DNA of 64,000 nt from an uncultured Chloroflexia bacterium (GCA_963777965.1 CAVZSS010000022.1:1829-65828); one strand, 5' to 3'; counted from the first letter of the stretch, positions 43,953-56,394 are shown. The notes: a model not told the origin generated them from the letters alone. Numbers and translations: made by a program.

Positions 43953-44534
43953 TCAGCTTTGGTCTATTTCTTCGCTATCATCGTCTACGATTTGGTCTGG
44001 CTCTTCGCCAGAGTCCTCTGTGACATAGAATGTTACTTCGCCAGGGTCCCCTGCACCATAGACTGTTTCTTTGTCAACTTCTAACTTTCGATTACGATAT
44101 GACTCATAATCGGGAACCAGGCGATCATACTCGCCATCCATTAGCGGGGATGAGATCATGAAATCAGCGGAGGCTCGATTGCAAGCGATTGGAATATTCC
44201 ACACGACTGCCATTCGTAAGAGTGCCTTGACATCCGGATCATGGGGCATGGGTTCGAGTGGATCCCAGAAAAAGATAAGAAAATCAATCTCGTTATCAGA
44301 AATCTTGGCCCCGATTTGCTGATCACCGCCCAGGGGCCCGCTTTGGAGTTTTGTGACTGTAAAGCCAAGTTCATGTTCCAGGATATCACCAGTAGTGCCT
44401 GTGGCATAAACATCGTGGTGAGCCAGGAGAACGCGATTATATTTTGCCCATTCCACCAGATCCCGTTTCTTATTGTCATGCGCAACAAGCGCAATCTTTT
44501 TATCATGTTCCATAGCAATCTTTTTATATAGCAT
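43953..44534 (-). CDS. mgsA: Methylglyoxal synthase with acidic C-terminal tail
   Basis: [44 protein letters not shown]. Confidence 0.95.
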   Translation of the reverse strand: MLYKKIAMEHDKKIALVAHDNKKRDLVEWAKYNRVLLAHHDVYATGTTGDILEHELGFTVTKLQSGPLGGDQQIGAKISDNEIDFLIFFWDPLEPMPHDPDVKALLRMAVVWNIPIACNRASADFMISSPLMDGEYDRLVPDYESYRNRKLEVDKETVYGAGDPGEVTFYVTEDSGEEPDQIVDDDSEEIDQS

Positions 44535-44671
44535 AATAATTCTTCAGTCCTTTCGGCACCGCGCTAAAACGTTTCTGGACAGCCTGACGAATTGTTTCAA
44601 AGGCTATTTTTTCATTTTGTATCATCGTGCAGGCTGCACAACCAATGATTCTACTGCGAATTTGCAGAATA

Positions 44672-45149
44672 TCATATTCCCCGGTTTCTCGGCACCCACC
44701 TCCCTACCGAACGTCGGTAGGCTAAGTATTCTTCCCCGAATAGTTCCTCCAGTTTTGGTTCTTCAAATAACACCACAAACAAATGTACAGCAATTCCTAC
44801 CCCCATTGCATATAGCAGTAGCCACTTGTCTGTGAAGACACCTGCCCAACCTAATATGACAAGGATCACCCCCGAGTACATCGGGTTGCGAGTGTAACGG
44901 TATAGCCCTCGAGCCACAAGCTGCTTGGGTGCGTCGATGGGCAGGGGGGTACCCCTGCCAATGCTGGCAAAATCCCAAACCGTCCAGAGATATAATGAAT
45001 ACACCTGTACCTAGCAGTAGGATACCAACCACCACAGATTCAGGCTGCGTGGAAATACTTTTACCTTGGGTGATAAGTAATGGTACATACACTGCCACTG
45101 TTCCTGGCACCAGTAGGGTGAACAGCAGGGTTTTTAGGAGTAGCTTCAC
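44672..45149 (-). CDS. Isoprenylcysteine carboxyl methyltransferase (ICMT/PEMT) family membrane protein (frameshift)
   Basis: GRGTP.P.DAP..LV..GLYRYTRNPMY...EEP.L...FGEEY..Y. Confidence 0.8.
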
Positions 45150-45709
45150 TATGCCGGCTCTGATTCGCTCCAATGGTTGGTGTGAACCAGGTCTTTCAAA
45201 TCCGTTCGTGTGCGCTTCGATAACCTTTCTTGGGCAGCCTCTAGATAACTCTCCTCAATGGGGTATGCCAGGGGGGTTGCCACCACCGCTCGCACGTCCT
45301 CCGGGATGTGCAGGATTTGCTTCACCATCGCTTCATCGAAAGCGGTCATCAAATGCGTAACGATGCCGAGTTCGGTTGCCGCCAGAACCATGTTCTCCAC
45401 TGCCAGCCCAAGGTCGAAAAGGTAATACTCCAGGCCATTTTTGATCACATCGTCCCCTGCCCGGGCACAGATGACAAGGATCACCGGTGCGGCAACAATC
45501 ACCTGGTTCGATTCCGAGAACGCCTTGACAAGCTTCTCCACCACTTTCCTGTCTTGCACAACTATAAACCGCCAGGGTTGGTAATTACGGGCAGAGGGCG
45601 CCAGCTGCCCTGCCTCCAGGATTGTGTTGATCTTCTCCAGCTCGATCTCCCGCCCCGAGATATGCATCTTGAGACTGCAGCGTTTGCGAATGGTGTCCAT
45701 TGTGTTCAT
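45149..45709 (-). CDS. Nitroreductase family protein
   Basis: APSARNYQPWRFIVV, ENMVLAATELG. Confidence 0.88.
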   Translation of the reverse strand: MNTMDTIRKRCSLKMHISGREIELEKINTILEAGQLAPSARNYQPWRFIVVQDRKVVEKLVKAFSESNQVIVAAPVILVICARAGDDVIKNGLEYYLFDLGLAVENMVLAATELGIVTHLMTAFDEAMVKQILHIPEDVRAVVATPLAYPIEESYLEAAQERLSKRTRTDLKDLVHTNHWSESEPA

Positions 45710-45820
45710 GATCTCTCCTTATGTGTCATTCTAAGCGATATTTGAATTTCATCTTCTGCCCATATGTCCAGCGATCTTGATCTCTATTTCTAGGTAAGGA
45801 TGCACTAATGATATTCTACC

Positions 45821-45849
45821 TTGACTTTTCTCTTTATAAAGCTTATAAT
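45821..45849 (+). promoter_or_regulatory. Near-consensus sigma70 promoter
   Basis: TTGACT-17nt-TATAAT. Confidence 0.65.
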
Positions 45850-45933
45850 AATATCTACAAATCAGACCTTATTAGTAATAATACAAGCGGGAAGGATCTG
45901 ATCCGGAGGCGTGTGGTTTCCACACTAAAAAAA

Positions 45934-46203
45934 ATGGACCGATATTTGATTGAAACCCCTCATACAGACCAGGATTGCCATATGATCGTGGACCAGATTT
46001 ATGCCATGGGTTATCTCTATCAATTTGAATGGGGCTGCCCGGATGGAGTTCACTGTGCCTGGGCGATCATTGAAGCAGAAAACCGTGCTCAGGCACTACT
46101 GACAGTGCCTTCCTTGCTTCGCAGCAAGGCACGCGTGATCAAATTGTGTAAATTTGATGGTGACGCATCCGCAATCCACCAGGCGACTGTAGGGATTGCC
46201 TGA
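45934..46203 (+). CDS. Small hypothetical protein with Cys/His cluster
   Basis: MDRYLIETPH...C...WGCPDGVH..WAIIEAE; downstream of a strong promoter; start uncertain. Confidence 0.6.
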   Translation: MDRYLIETPHTDQDCHMIVDQIYAMGYLYQFEWGCPDGVHCAWAIIEAENRAQALLTVPSLLRSKARVIKLCKFDGDASAIHQATVGIA

Positions 46204-46222
46204 CGGGGATGTCGGAGCAGTT

Positions 46223-46798
46223 CTAGCCTGCTGCTTGGTATGCTCGACGCACCCAACCTACAATGGTATCGTCGACCTGTTCAGGGTCGGTGAGGCGCAC
46301 CTTGTAATTGCACATACTGCCAGCCGGCTGTTCGAGCAGGCGCTCATCAGTTTCCAGGTCTTTAATATTGATCCCCAGCTCAAAGCGGGTATTGGAAGCC
46401 GGTCCGAGCATGGCGAACTGACGTTTACGGCGTAGTGAGACATAACCTTTCTTGGGGGCGATCTCGAACTCGCCAAATTGGTGGATGGCGCTCATCAACT
46501 TCTCATGGATAGGGCGTAGGCTGGTTTTCGGGCCAGCGTAAATTTCATCCAAAACATCATCGGTTGTGAGCCCCTTTTCCTGGACGATAATCTGCATATC
46601 GGTCTTGAGCGCAAACTGGATCAGCATGCTGGCGTCCCCATACCCCAAGCCCAGCTCTTCCATCAACATGCTGCGAATCTCCCCATGCTTGCTCAAACCG
46701 CTGGATTGAATCAGTTCGCTCAGCTCCGCCATCGATTTACCGGTCTTTTTTTGGATATTTTCTAACTGGGTAGCTTTTGCACGTTCTACGCTGCTCAT
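46223..46798 (-). CDS. DUF4287/DUF5655-type protein
   Basis: NIQKKTGKS...KHGEI...LGYGDA; PKKGYVSLRRKRQFA. Confidence 0.75.
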   Translation of the reverse strand: MSSVERAKATQLENIQKKTGKSMAELSELIQSSGLSKHGEIRSMLMEELGLGYGDASMLIQFALKTDMQIIVQEKGLTTDDVLDEIYAGPKTSLRPIHEKLMSAIHQFGEFEIAPKKGYVSLRRKRQFAMLGPASNTRFELGINIKDLETDERLLEQPAGSMCNYKVRLTDPEQVDDTIVGWVRRAYQAAG

Positions 46799-47024
46799 AA
46801 ATATACTCCTTGTGATCATTAACCATCGTAATGCTAAAATGTGATTTTTTTATAACGTGATCCAACCATAACATAAAAATATTAAGTGTAGTTATCTGCA
46901 TCCTAAGAAATAGTTAATAAAATAATGATATACAGCCCTCCAGGCTAGTTATTTTTTGGGGTTCGTTAAATCCATTGATTTGTTGGGCCTCACACAGCAC
47001 CCTCAACCCTAAAACTCCCCGCTG

Positions 47025-48330
47025 TTAAATTAACGCCTTCAGTAAAAGTTCAAAGGTCAGGTTTCCCGCCAGCTCGAACGACATCTCCTTGAGGATGGTC
47101 CCCATGAGTGGCCAATATTGCTTCTTAACCCTGGCCATCAAATTCTTCTCGGGTTCATCCAGGCTTATTTTTCCGGACTGAAGCCATTCACTCACACTCA
47201 CCTGCGAGGCTTGCTCATCTGGACCAGCAGCCAGCTCACGCATGATCCAGCCTTCCAGGCTGGTCGAAAGCAGGGCATAGCATCCGGAATCGCCGTTTTG
47301 CTCACGCAGCAAGCCGCGTTTGATTAAATGATCGGCATCCATGGCCGCGCGTGGGTAGATTTTGACCAACCGCTCCATAAAAGGAGCTTCTTTCTTGCTT
47401 GGTTTACTCTTACAAAGCATGATGGTGGAAAGCAAGGTTATTTTCTCGCTTTCGCTGCAGCGTCCCCACAGATAGCTGAAGTGTGGGGTGGTCTGCTGTT
47501 CAAATTGAGCTGTCACCCAGCTCTCCAGCTTATCGGATGGCATTCCCTGCTGCAGTGCATCGAAGATATAATATCCGGCAATCTGGGTGAACAGCGGGTG
47601 CCCGCCACTCAAACACCAGGTTAGCTCATGCTCCCGCGCACCAAACGACACTCCCGATTCGTGCGTATACCGATCCAGGAGCTCATCCACTTCCACCCGC
47701 TTGAACAGGCGCAGGACGATATTGGCGAAAATGTTGAAGAATGGCGAGCCCTTGATCTCTTCCGAGTGGCACAGGTCGATCAACTCACGCCGGGTGGCGG
47801 TGATTAGAGGCAGGTTATGATGGATCGCTAAGGGCGCGTAGTCCGCCGAAGAAATCTGCCCCGAAATTGGGGTTCTGCGTGACGTATTCGAACTCATCCA
47901 GCAGCAGCACCACACATATGCCAGCCTCGGCGATAGCCTCACACAGGTCCTCCAGGTCGAATAGCTCGATATTTTCCTGTTTTTGAAGGATTTCGATTTG
48001 TAAGCGCAAGTTTGGGTCTGTGATCGAGCGCCCCATGCGAGTCAGCACCCGTCCCCAAAAACGTTGGGGGGTGATGTCGACCAAGCCCTGGAAGTCAATG
48101 TAAATCAGGCAAAAGCGCTCAGGCACCAATCCAAGTGATTTGGCAGTCGATTTATCCGCCAGGTGCATCAGTAGGGAGGTCTTACCAATGCGCCTCTCTC
48201 CAACGATGGAAGTGCTTTCATGGGCGCTGGAAAGCAGCCGGTTGACCACCTGGCGCAGCTCTGCCTGCCGGCCAATGAAGCGCCCTGGCTCACGGATGGG
48301 GTTGCCAAAGGTGAATGGGTTTTGGGTCAT
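47025..48330 (-). CDS. AAA/STAND-like P-loop ATPase (one frameshift near 47830)
   Basis: NPFTFGNP...FIGR, Walker A GERRIGKTS, Walker B LLLDEFE, SPFFNIF, GGHP. Confidence 0.82.
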
Positions 48331-48334
48331 AATA

Positions 48335-51300
48335 TTATTCGTCCAGGTTCCAGAATTTTAAATTGCTGATATCCACCTGAGCAAATTCAGCTCCATTACT
48401 AAGCAGATTAGTCATTGGGTACATTAAACCTTCACCCGAGCGTGAAATAAACACAGTTTCGATCAGTTCCTGGTTCAGGTAAACCCTAAACCGATCAGCA
48501 TTTACGATGACCATGACCGTAGCCATCGTATCCTGCGGCACGGGCAGTGTAGAACCATTAGCAATATAGCTCCAACTATAGTTTTCATGCTTTCCGAATA
48601 GCCATCCACCAGTAAACGGACTGAATTCAAAGAAGTAACTGTTGTGATCTGTATTCTCTCTCAGGTTCCATTCCAGGGATGCAAGATCAGGCATATCACG
48701 CGGGATGAATGTCACTTCCAAGGCGAAATTGGTGGCTGTCAATTCTTCCCGCTCTAACGATGTACCACTAATTTCGTCGGAAACCAGCACCGCCCTGCCA
48801 TCCTCGTATTTCTCATTTTCCGCCGGACCGAAAATCCAGCCTTCATTCGGCATGAAATAATTTTCATCCACGATGGGTGTGCGCAAGTAGATCCTCTCCG
48901 GGATCATCATCTCTGGCGAGTCCAAATCCCAGAACCTGATGGATGATATATCTACCTGGGCATATGGACTATCATTACTCCGAATGACCACTTCATTCCA
49001 AGTCCCTGTTCCCATGTTGCTGTTTTCTGCATAACCCAGGAAGCTGGTTCCATTGAATGCGCTCACCCGATCTCCATCCACCAGTACCATGATCGTACCA
49101 AGAGTATCATCCGGTGTAGGCTGTGCCCATCCTGAAGCAAGAACCGAAGTATTATTATTATTTTCCACCCATATTAACTGCCAGAAACCTGTTGAAGTGA
49201 AGTATTCAAATTCATGTTTTTCCCCTGTGGAGGTGTCCTGTCGAAGAAACAGCACCAGCGAGGCCTCTTCAGGCATATCTACGGAATTAAAACTCACTTC
49301 GAAGGCGAAATTTGTCCCATGGATATCTTCCCGGGTCAGTCCGGTTTCATTTTCATTCGCTGCGGACATCGTTACCTGGCCATGTATCTCTCCTGCCCCA
49401 CTTAACTGCCAGCCTTCATCAGGGGTGAAATTATCGTCGCTAAATGTCGGCGCGCTCTCGGTGATCCAATCGTTTCTCATGTAAGCCGGCGTCTCAAGTT
49501 CCCAGGAGCGCCAGTTATCAATATCCAGGGTAGCCTTACCGAAAGGATTATCGACTAATCCAAAGTGATTATCCAGCCCATATAAACTGACTCCCTCCTG
49601 GATGAGAATTGTCTGACCGTCCCAATATACCCACATCGTATCTTTATTCACCACGACACTCAGCTCGTACCAGCGACCCTCTTCGATTTTTCCCAACATT
49701 CCATTCTGGATTACGTCGCCTTGTCCATGAGGGTCTGTGCTCACCCATAACGACCACTCACCAGTAAAGGGATTGATACCAAAATGATATTCCGAATATC
49801 CATTTGGGAATACGGAATTTCGTATTGCGTATCCAAAACTCTCACTTCCAGTCTGACCAGCGAACCGCAAATCGACCTGCAGGATGTAATTCATTAACTG
49901 CAATGGTTCACCGATCCAATCATCCACACGCAGGGCACCATCCTGGAGGGTACCTGACGGATTACCCCCCCATTGCCAATATTCCTGGAGGGTATCACTC
50001 GAAAAATCGTCTTCCACACTGGGCGGGGTGTCCCCAACCAGGTTTTCTCTCATTTGCGTGAATGAGGGAACCCCCAGGTTCCAGAAGCTGATTTTCGATA
50101 TGTCAACCTGGGTAAATGGCGATTGTTTCCCTGAGACCACCAGCTCGTTCCACGTCCCTGATCCCGATCGATCGGTATTCGCATAACCGATAAATTTGTC
50201 CTCGAAGAAGGCACTCACCTGGTCTCCATAAGCAATAACCATGATTGTCCCGGTGCTGCCTTGTGGGGTGGGGTGGGTCCATCCCAAGGTTAACGCCACC
50301 CATTGGCTGTTTTCCACCTGGTTGATCTGCCAACGACCATTACTGGGGCAATATTCAAATGCGATCATATCTCCAGTGTCGGTGTGTTTTCCCAGGAACC
50401 AGACCAGAGACGAAGTCTCAGGCATGTCTTGCGGGGTGAAACTCACTTGCATGGCGGAATCGGTAAAACCTTGGAGATCGTCCCGGGTTAGTCCGGTTTC
50501 ATCTCCTTCTGTGTACAGTACTGCCATGCCGTCCTCATATTTTTCATTTTCTACTGGGCTGAACTGCCAGCCTTCACCACCTGAGAAATTATCCTCCACA
50601 AAGGTTGGCGTGCTTTCTTTGATCCATTTGGTTGTCATCCAATCCGCTACACCCAGGTCCCAGACGCGCCAGTTATCGATATCTAATGTGGCATTCCCCC
50701 CCGCCTTGTCCGGATCTAATCCAAAGTGATTGTTTAATCCATATAGCCTTACACCGGACTGGCTGAGTAATTCCATATCATCCCAAAACACCCTAAAAAA
50801 ATCATCCTGTACCTCAACTCCCAACTCATACCAGCGATCAGCTTCAATTATATCGAGGCTTCCCTGCTTAACTTCTGATGATTGTGTATCATAAGGGTTC
50901 ATATTTGAATAAAGAGACCATGTTCCCAGGGATGGGATGATCTCCAATAAAAAATCTGTACTATTGTTCTCATCAATTGGGTTCAAGCGGAGAGTATAGT
51001 AAAACTTTTCACCCCCTGAAAGCCCGTTGAAGCGCAGATCCACCTGCAGGATGTAATTCATCCTTTTGAGCGCATCATCCCCAATTTTATATTGGTTATT
51101 AAGTCGTAAAAATCCGTCTTGGAGGCTGGCATTCTGAGCGCCTTCATCGATTATCCAATACTCTCCGAGGGATGTACCTGAAAAATCGTCCTGCACATCC
51201 GGTGCTCTATCCCCGATTATTTCTTCTCTCACCTGTGCAAATGAGGCACTATCCTGGCTGGCTACGGCTGCAGTCGATGTGGAGGGTGTAATGATACCTG

Positions 51301-53629
51301 CACCCTGGGTAGCAGGTTGAGTGATCCCTGTTGACTGGGTCGCACTTTGTGTTTTCGGCTGAACCAGTCCTGCAATCAAGGGATTGATACGTGACCACTG
51401 GGTGGCTATTCCAACCATCGCTGCGATCAGGAGCAGTATTGGCAGCGCCCAGCGCAGCCATCTCAACGGTAGTTTGAACGCTTCCTTTGGTCGCCTCTTC
51501 AAGCAATCCACCAGCAGTTTTGCGGCGTCTTTATATGTTGCATCCATGGCGATCACACCCTGCAGCAGGGCGATCGCCTGGCTGTAATGCCCTTCCTTGA
51601 TGGCACCTTGGGCCAGGTTGTAATCACCGGCGATCTTATGCATGCGTCGGGCATGCTCCAGTGATTTTTGAATGGATGCTTCATCCTCCGGTTGGTATTG
51701 GAGGCAGGCTTCCCAATCCTGGATCGCCTCCTCCCAGCGCTCACTGCCTTCCATTTCCTGGGCGTGGGTACGCAGCAGAGAAATTTTTACCCGGCGTGCT
51801 GTATCTTTGACTTCTGCCAAACGCCTCATTAAATCAGGGTCGTCTGGTGACAGCTGCTGTGCCCTCTGGATGGCATCCACAGCAGCCTCCCAATCCCCCT
51901 TATCCTTGGCTTGCTGCGATTGCTTCAGCAGCTCGTCGATGATCCGCTGGGTGTGCAGCTCCTTGGCACGGGCGTAGCGTGCCTTCAGCTGGTCATCATC
52001 CGGGGCATGCTCCAGGGCAAGTGGATAGTACTTCAAAGCAAGCTCAGCGTCACCTCTGGCAAGCGCTTCATCCGCCTGGCTAGTATACAGGCCTGCCAGG
52101 CGCAGGTGCACTTCAACGTGGTCGGGGTTTATCGTCAGGATGCGCTGGTAGTATCCCACACCTTCATCGAATTTACCCATCGCCACCGCTGCCTCACCCA
52201 GGGCCAGTAAAGCTGTACATAATCCGCTGCGGGCGGCGATATCATCCTCATCGATACGCAGGGCGGCCTCATACCCCTGCACAGCCTGGTCATAATTCCT
52301 GCCTTCCAGGTGCAGGTTGGCGATGCTCACCTGGGCGCGCAAGTTGGTTGGGTCGGTGGACAGTGCCTGCCTGAAGCTCTCCAGGGCCTTGTCTGGTTGC
52401 CCTAGCTCGCGGAATTCATCTCCGATCTCATTGTAACGGTTGGCGATTGGGTTGACCTGCACCAGCTCCTCCCGCACCCGGTCCAACGGCCGGTTTTTCA
52501 CCAGCCAGATGCTCAGCAGCTCGACGATGAAGTGATTATCCTGGGTGAGCACATCTTTCTCACGCAGGTGAACCAAAGCAGTGTTCAGGTCATTTTCACT
52601 ATAGCGTACGTGCTGGTTGTTGAGGACAGTGGCCAGCTGTCTGTCAGTGCAAACGGATCGGCTTTGGACGCCAGTTGCTTGCCGTTCAAAGCTCCAGCGC
52701 TTGCAGCTCATGGGCCAGGCAGGAAGCACCCATTTTTCCAGGTCGGAGGCTTCATCCCACACGAACTTGAGGTTGACCGTGCCACGCTCGATCACATCTT
52801 CCAGGACAGAGTCCACATCTTCCCTGGTGAGGGTCCTCCTGCCGGTCTTTTGGCTGAGTGAGAACAGCTCATGGCAGATGAGCTGAGTGAAATAGGGGTG
52901 CCCGGAGGTAATGGCGTAAATGCGTTCCACCGCCATCGGCTCGTAAACCAGCATACCTTCCACCGGGCGGGTGATCAGGTGGGCAGCAATCCTCCTGCTT
53001 CAGGAAACTGATCTTGCGGTACAGGGCAGTCTTGAAGAATTCGGTGTAGGAAGCCTGCATATTTTCCAGCTTGTGCCCGGAGGAGCCAATGGAGAAGATG
53101 AAATTCAAGTTGGGCAGGTCGAACAGGCGCCGCAGGTAAGCGATTAATGGTCTCGTCAGGCTTTGTTGGATCTCGGCTTCGGAGAGTGTGTCGAACTCGT
53201 CGAAGGTCAGCAGCAGGATCGATTCCTCCTAACTTGGACAGCACCTCAGGCAGGAAGGTGGTTGCCAGGTACTCACCATCTTGGGTGAACAATTCACGCT
53301 CGGCGATCGGGATGGACTGCCCTGCGGCCTGGCTGACTGCCCGGCTTATCTCACGTGCCAGCCACCATTGAAAGCGATCAAGGCTGGTGTGGGTGCGTCC
53401 TTGCAGGTCGATGAAGACATGGATGAAACGTGAGCGGCAGGTGGTTGGGGATCTGCTTGAGCACAGAAGTCTTGCCGACCCGGCGTTGGCCATGGATGAC
53501 CAGGATGTGGTTGACGAAGCGACCACTCAGATTCTCCTCAATCCAATCGAATACATCCTGCCGGCCGAAGAACATGCTCGGTTCTACGACCGGGGCTCCT
53601 GCGATGTATGGATTGAGAAAATCGTTCAT
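48335..53629 (-). CDS. Very large STAND-like ATPase-TPR-transmembrane protein with five extracellular beta-rich repeats (frameshifts in 5' part)
   Basis: NPYIAGAP...FFGR, GQRRVGKTS, LTFDEFD, SGHPYFTQ; many TPRs; TM WALPILLLIAAMVGIA; repeats ending D(I)xNxxxWxL. Confidence 0.8.
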
Positions 53630-53923
53630 CGCTCGATCAGTTCTCCAAAAATCGATCAATTTTCAGGACAATATGCATAATCATTATACATCTGGAATCA
53701 AATGCGATTCACAGGGTTAAACTTAAGCTGATTTCACCATCGGAAACATGCAACGATATGATCCAAAACCCGCGATTTTTTTATTAAAGGCGATGAACTT
53801 CCCCCTGGATTAGGTTTCTGGATGTACTCCGAAACACAACCTTCATGTTTTTCAAGCCATCAGGTAAGCAGATCTCTCAGTGGAATCAGATATAGATCCC
53901 ATGCCTAGAAACGGGATCATTAG

Positions 53924-54214
53924 TCAGCGGGTGTTTTCCTGGTTTTTATTTGCCCAGTATTCTTCCGCCTCATTCTCCATCCGTTCAAGGCGGGTGTAGT
54001 AGTCAGGGAACTCTTTCAGATGAGCCAGTGCAATCTTGCCCGTCTGGATCTCGTCGTCGTTTGTGACGTTTGTCTCCAGGTCGCGCGCACCATGTTCCAG
54101 CTCGACCCCCAGGCCTGCCTGGAATTCCTCGATCCTGACCTGTTCCCAATGGATGCCCAGGGAATCTCCGATCCTTTTTGCATCCTGCTGGGTGAATTTC
54201 CGTTTTGGTGACAT
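53924..54214 (-). CDS. DUF5661 family protein
   Basis: GLGVELEHG...TNVT.DD...KIALAHLKEFPDYY. Confidence 0.75.
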   Translation of the reverse strand: MSPKRKFTQQDAKRIGDSLGIHWEQVRIEEFQAGLGVELEHGARDLETNVTNDDEIQTGKIALAHLKEFPDYYTRLERMENEAEEYWANKNQENTR

Positions 54215-54243
54215 AATTTCTGCTCCTTTTTTATGATATTTGC

Positions 54244-54509
54244 CTAAGCTACAAACCCCCCATCTTCCGCTTTCTTCATCACCTCCTGGATCACTTCCAC
54301 CAGCTTCCTCGCCGAGGCTGCATCCAGTTCCACCGCCACGCGCCTCCAGGGTTTCCCGCCTGCTTGGTGAAATCGAGGTTCAACGAATATTCCAGGGGCA
54401 TATCGAAGGGATGGTCGTAGCTCACGCTGGCTGTGTCCAATCTGAACCAACCTTCGCCTGCCTTTCCACTGCCGCTGATATTCACTTGTTGGGCGATCAT
54501 CGTACACAT
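54244..54509 (-). CDS. DUF6295-like protein (frameshift)
   Basis: MCTMI...GSGK..GWF....VSYDHP...LNLDF...RVAVELDAASAR. Confidence 0.65.
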
Positions 54510-54511
54510 TT

Positions 54512-55285
54512 TTATGCTCCCTTGAGGGTTTTATCCAGGAATGCGAACACCTTGTTCCAGCCGTCCACTGCCTGCTCCTGGCGGTAGTTCGGGCGGTTGT
54601 GGTAGAAGAAGCCGTGCCCGGCACCATCGTAACGGTGGAACTCGTACGACTTGCCATGCCGCTTGAGTGCCTCTTCTAGCTGGTTCACCTGCTCGGGGGT
54701 GGGGCTTTGATCATCATTGCCGAATATTCCAAGCACCGGGCATGCTAGGTCCGCGGTGTAATCCACCGGAGCCACGGGTTGTTTGAGGGTGAGCTCTTGC
54801 GGCGACATCACCACCCGCCCGCCCCAGCAATCCACCACTGCCGAGAAACCCGGGATACGGCAGGCGCACAGGTATGCATGCCTGCCACCCGAGCAGGTGC
54901 CGAACAGTCCCACCTTGCCGTTCACGTAAGGTGAGGCCAGTACCATTTCGAGCGCCGCGCCTACATCTCCCAACACCTGCTCGTCGGAAACGCCTCCTGC
55001 CCCGCGCACCCTGGCTGCCACATCCTCGGGTGTGCCATGCCCATCCCGGAAATACAGGTTTGGGCACAGGGTGACAAATCCATGCGCTGCGAACTTGCGC
55101 GCTGTCTCCCGGTACCATTCATCCCAGCCCGGCAGGTGGTGGATGAGCACCATCCCCGGGAATGGACCCTGCCCCAGGGGTCGTGCGAAATAGGCGTTGA
55201 TCAGGTCGGCGTGGTACCCGGGCAAGACCACCGTCTCTGCCAGCATGCCCTCATATTGGTCTGTCGTATACATACAAGCCTCCAA
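54512..55285 (-). CDS. Dienelactone hydrolase family protein
   Basis: GTCSGG nucleophile elbow, FGNDD, YDGAGHGF. Confidence 0.88.
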   Translation of the reverse strand: MEACMYTTDQYEGMLAETVVLPGYHADLINAYFARPLGQGPFPGMVLIHHLPGWDEWYRETARKFAAHGFVTLCPNLYFRDGHGTPEDVAARVRGAGGVSDEQVLGDVGAALEMVLASPYVNGKVGLFGTCSGGRHAYLCACRIPGFSAVVDCWGGRVVMSPQELTLKQPVAPVDYTADLACPVLGIFGNDDQSPTPEQVNQLEEALKRHGKSYEFHRYDGAGHGFFYHNRPNYRQEQAVDGWNKVFAFLDKTLKGA

Positions 55286-55386
55286 TTCGCGAAATTGATT
55301 TCATTGATTGTTATAACACCGTTTCAGCGAAGGCTGACTTTGAAAAATCCAAAGCTGTGGTACTTCCCGCAATGGTGCTGTAGTTT

Positions 55387-56031
55387 TCATCCATCACCCA
55401 GCACGCTCTCCGGTTGATGCAGGTATTCTTCGATATACCCATAGAACTTGCCCATGTGGATGCCATCCATGACTGCATGGTGCCCCTGCACGCTCAGCGG
55501 CATTTTCAAGCGCTTCCCTTCCTCAAAATACTTTCCCCACGCAAAGCGAGGCACGCTATCAGCCGGATGCTGCCTCATCGGGTGCATGAAGCTTGTAAAA
55601 GATACCCATGGGATGGCGGTCATGTATAACAGGTCATCCCGCCCGGGTGGATCCTTCAGCGTGGGGTCATTCTTCACCCTGGAGATCATCCTGGCAGCCT
55701 TGCCAGCGAATTCAGCGAAATCCTGGCAGTAGTCGATGGTACAGAAGCTAAACAGGTCGTTCTCAACCAGGATGGTCACCGAAGGGCTGACCGTCTCATG
55801 CTCCACCACTTCTCCATCCTGCAGTCGCTGGCGGAATTCCGGGATGGCATTGGCGGCGCGTGAGATCAGGTAGATAATTGCCGCGGTAAAGGATATCCCA
55901 TGCCCCTTGAGGTAGGGATGGACGATTGTCAGATCCACGTTTGCGCACATGTTGAAGTGCGGGTGGTTGAAGTTGCTGAAGAATTCGAAGTGCTCTCTCC
56001 TCGGCCAGCTTTGCATGTCGATCTTACGCAT
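55387..56031 (-). CDS. CatA-like O-acetyltransferase (chloramphenicol acetyltransferase fold)
   Basis: W.RREHF.FF, IPWVSFTS, PRFAWGK, HHAVMDG catalytic motif. Confidence 0.85.
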   Translation of the reverse strand: MRKIDMQSWPRREHFEFFSNFNHPHFNMCANVDLTIVHPYLKGHGISFTAAIIYLISRAANAIPEFRQRLQDGEVVEHETVSPSVTILVENDLFSFCTIDYCQDFAEFAGKAARMISRVKNDPTLKDPPGRDDLLYMTAIPWVSFTSFMHPMRQHPADSVPRFAWGKYFEEGKRLKMPLSVQGHHAVMDGIHMGKFYGYIEEYLHQPESVLGDG

Positions 56032-56287
56032 GGTTCAGCTCCTAATCGATCGCTATGGGTTCCATCAAGGTTGAAATGTTTACTACCTCTGCTGAAATTA
56101 AATAACGAAGCAAGTTTTTCGATGGAGTTCGATGCGTTTACTATACATCAATTTAAAATAGCGTCAAGCTATCCTGATATTGTCCCATGTACTGCATTTC
56201 CATTTCTGCTTGTGTAAACCTTGTTTTGGGCTTCCATACAATGCTGTGTAGTATAGTTTTGGAGAAAAAATTGAATTACTTTAATAC

Positions 56288-56315
56288 TTGACAAATAAGA
56301 GTAAATTGGTATAAT
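56288..56315 (+). promoter_or_regulatory. Consensus sigma70 promoter
   Basis: TTGACA-16nt-TATAAT with extended -10 TG. Confidence 0.65.
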
Positions 56316-56394
56316 ATCGGTTGGGTAGGGGAAGAATACGTCCGTAAAAATTTTTTGCTCACCCTAATAACATACCATTTTAAGGAGAAAAAAA

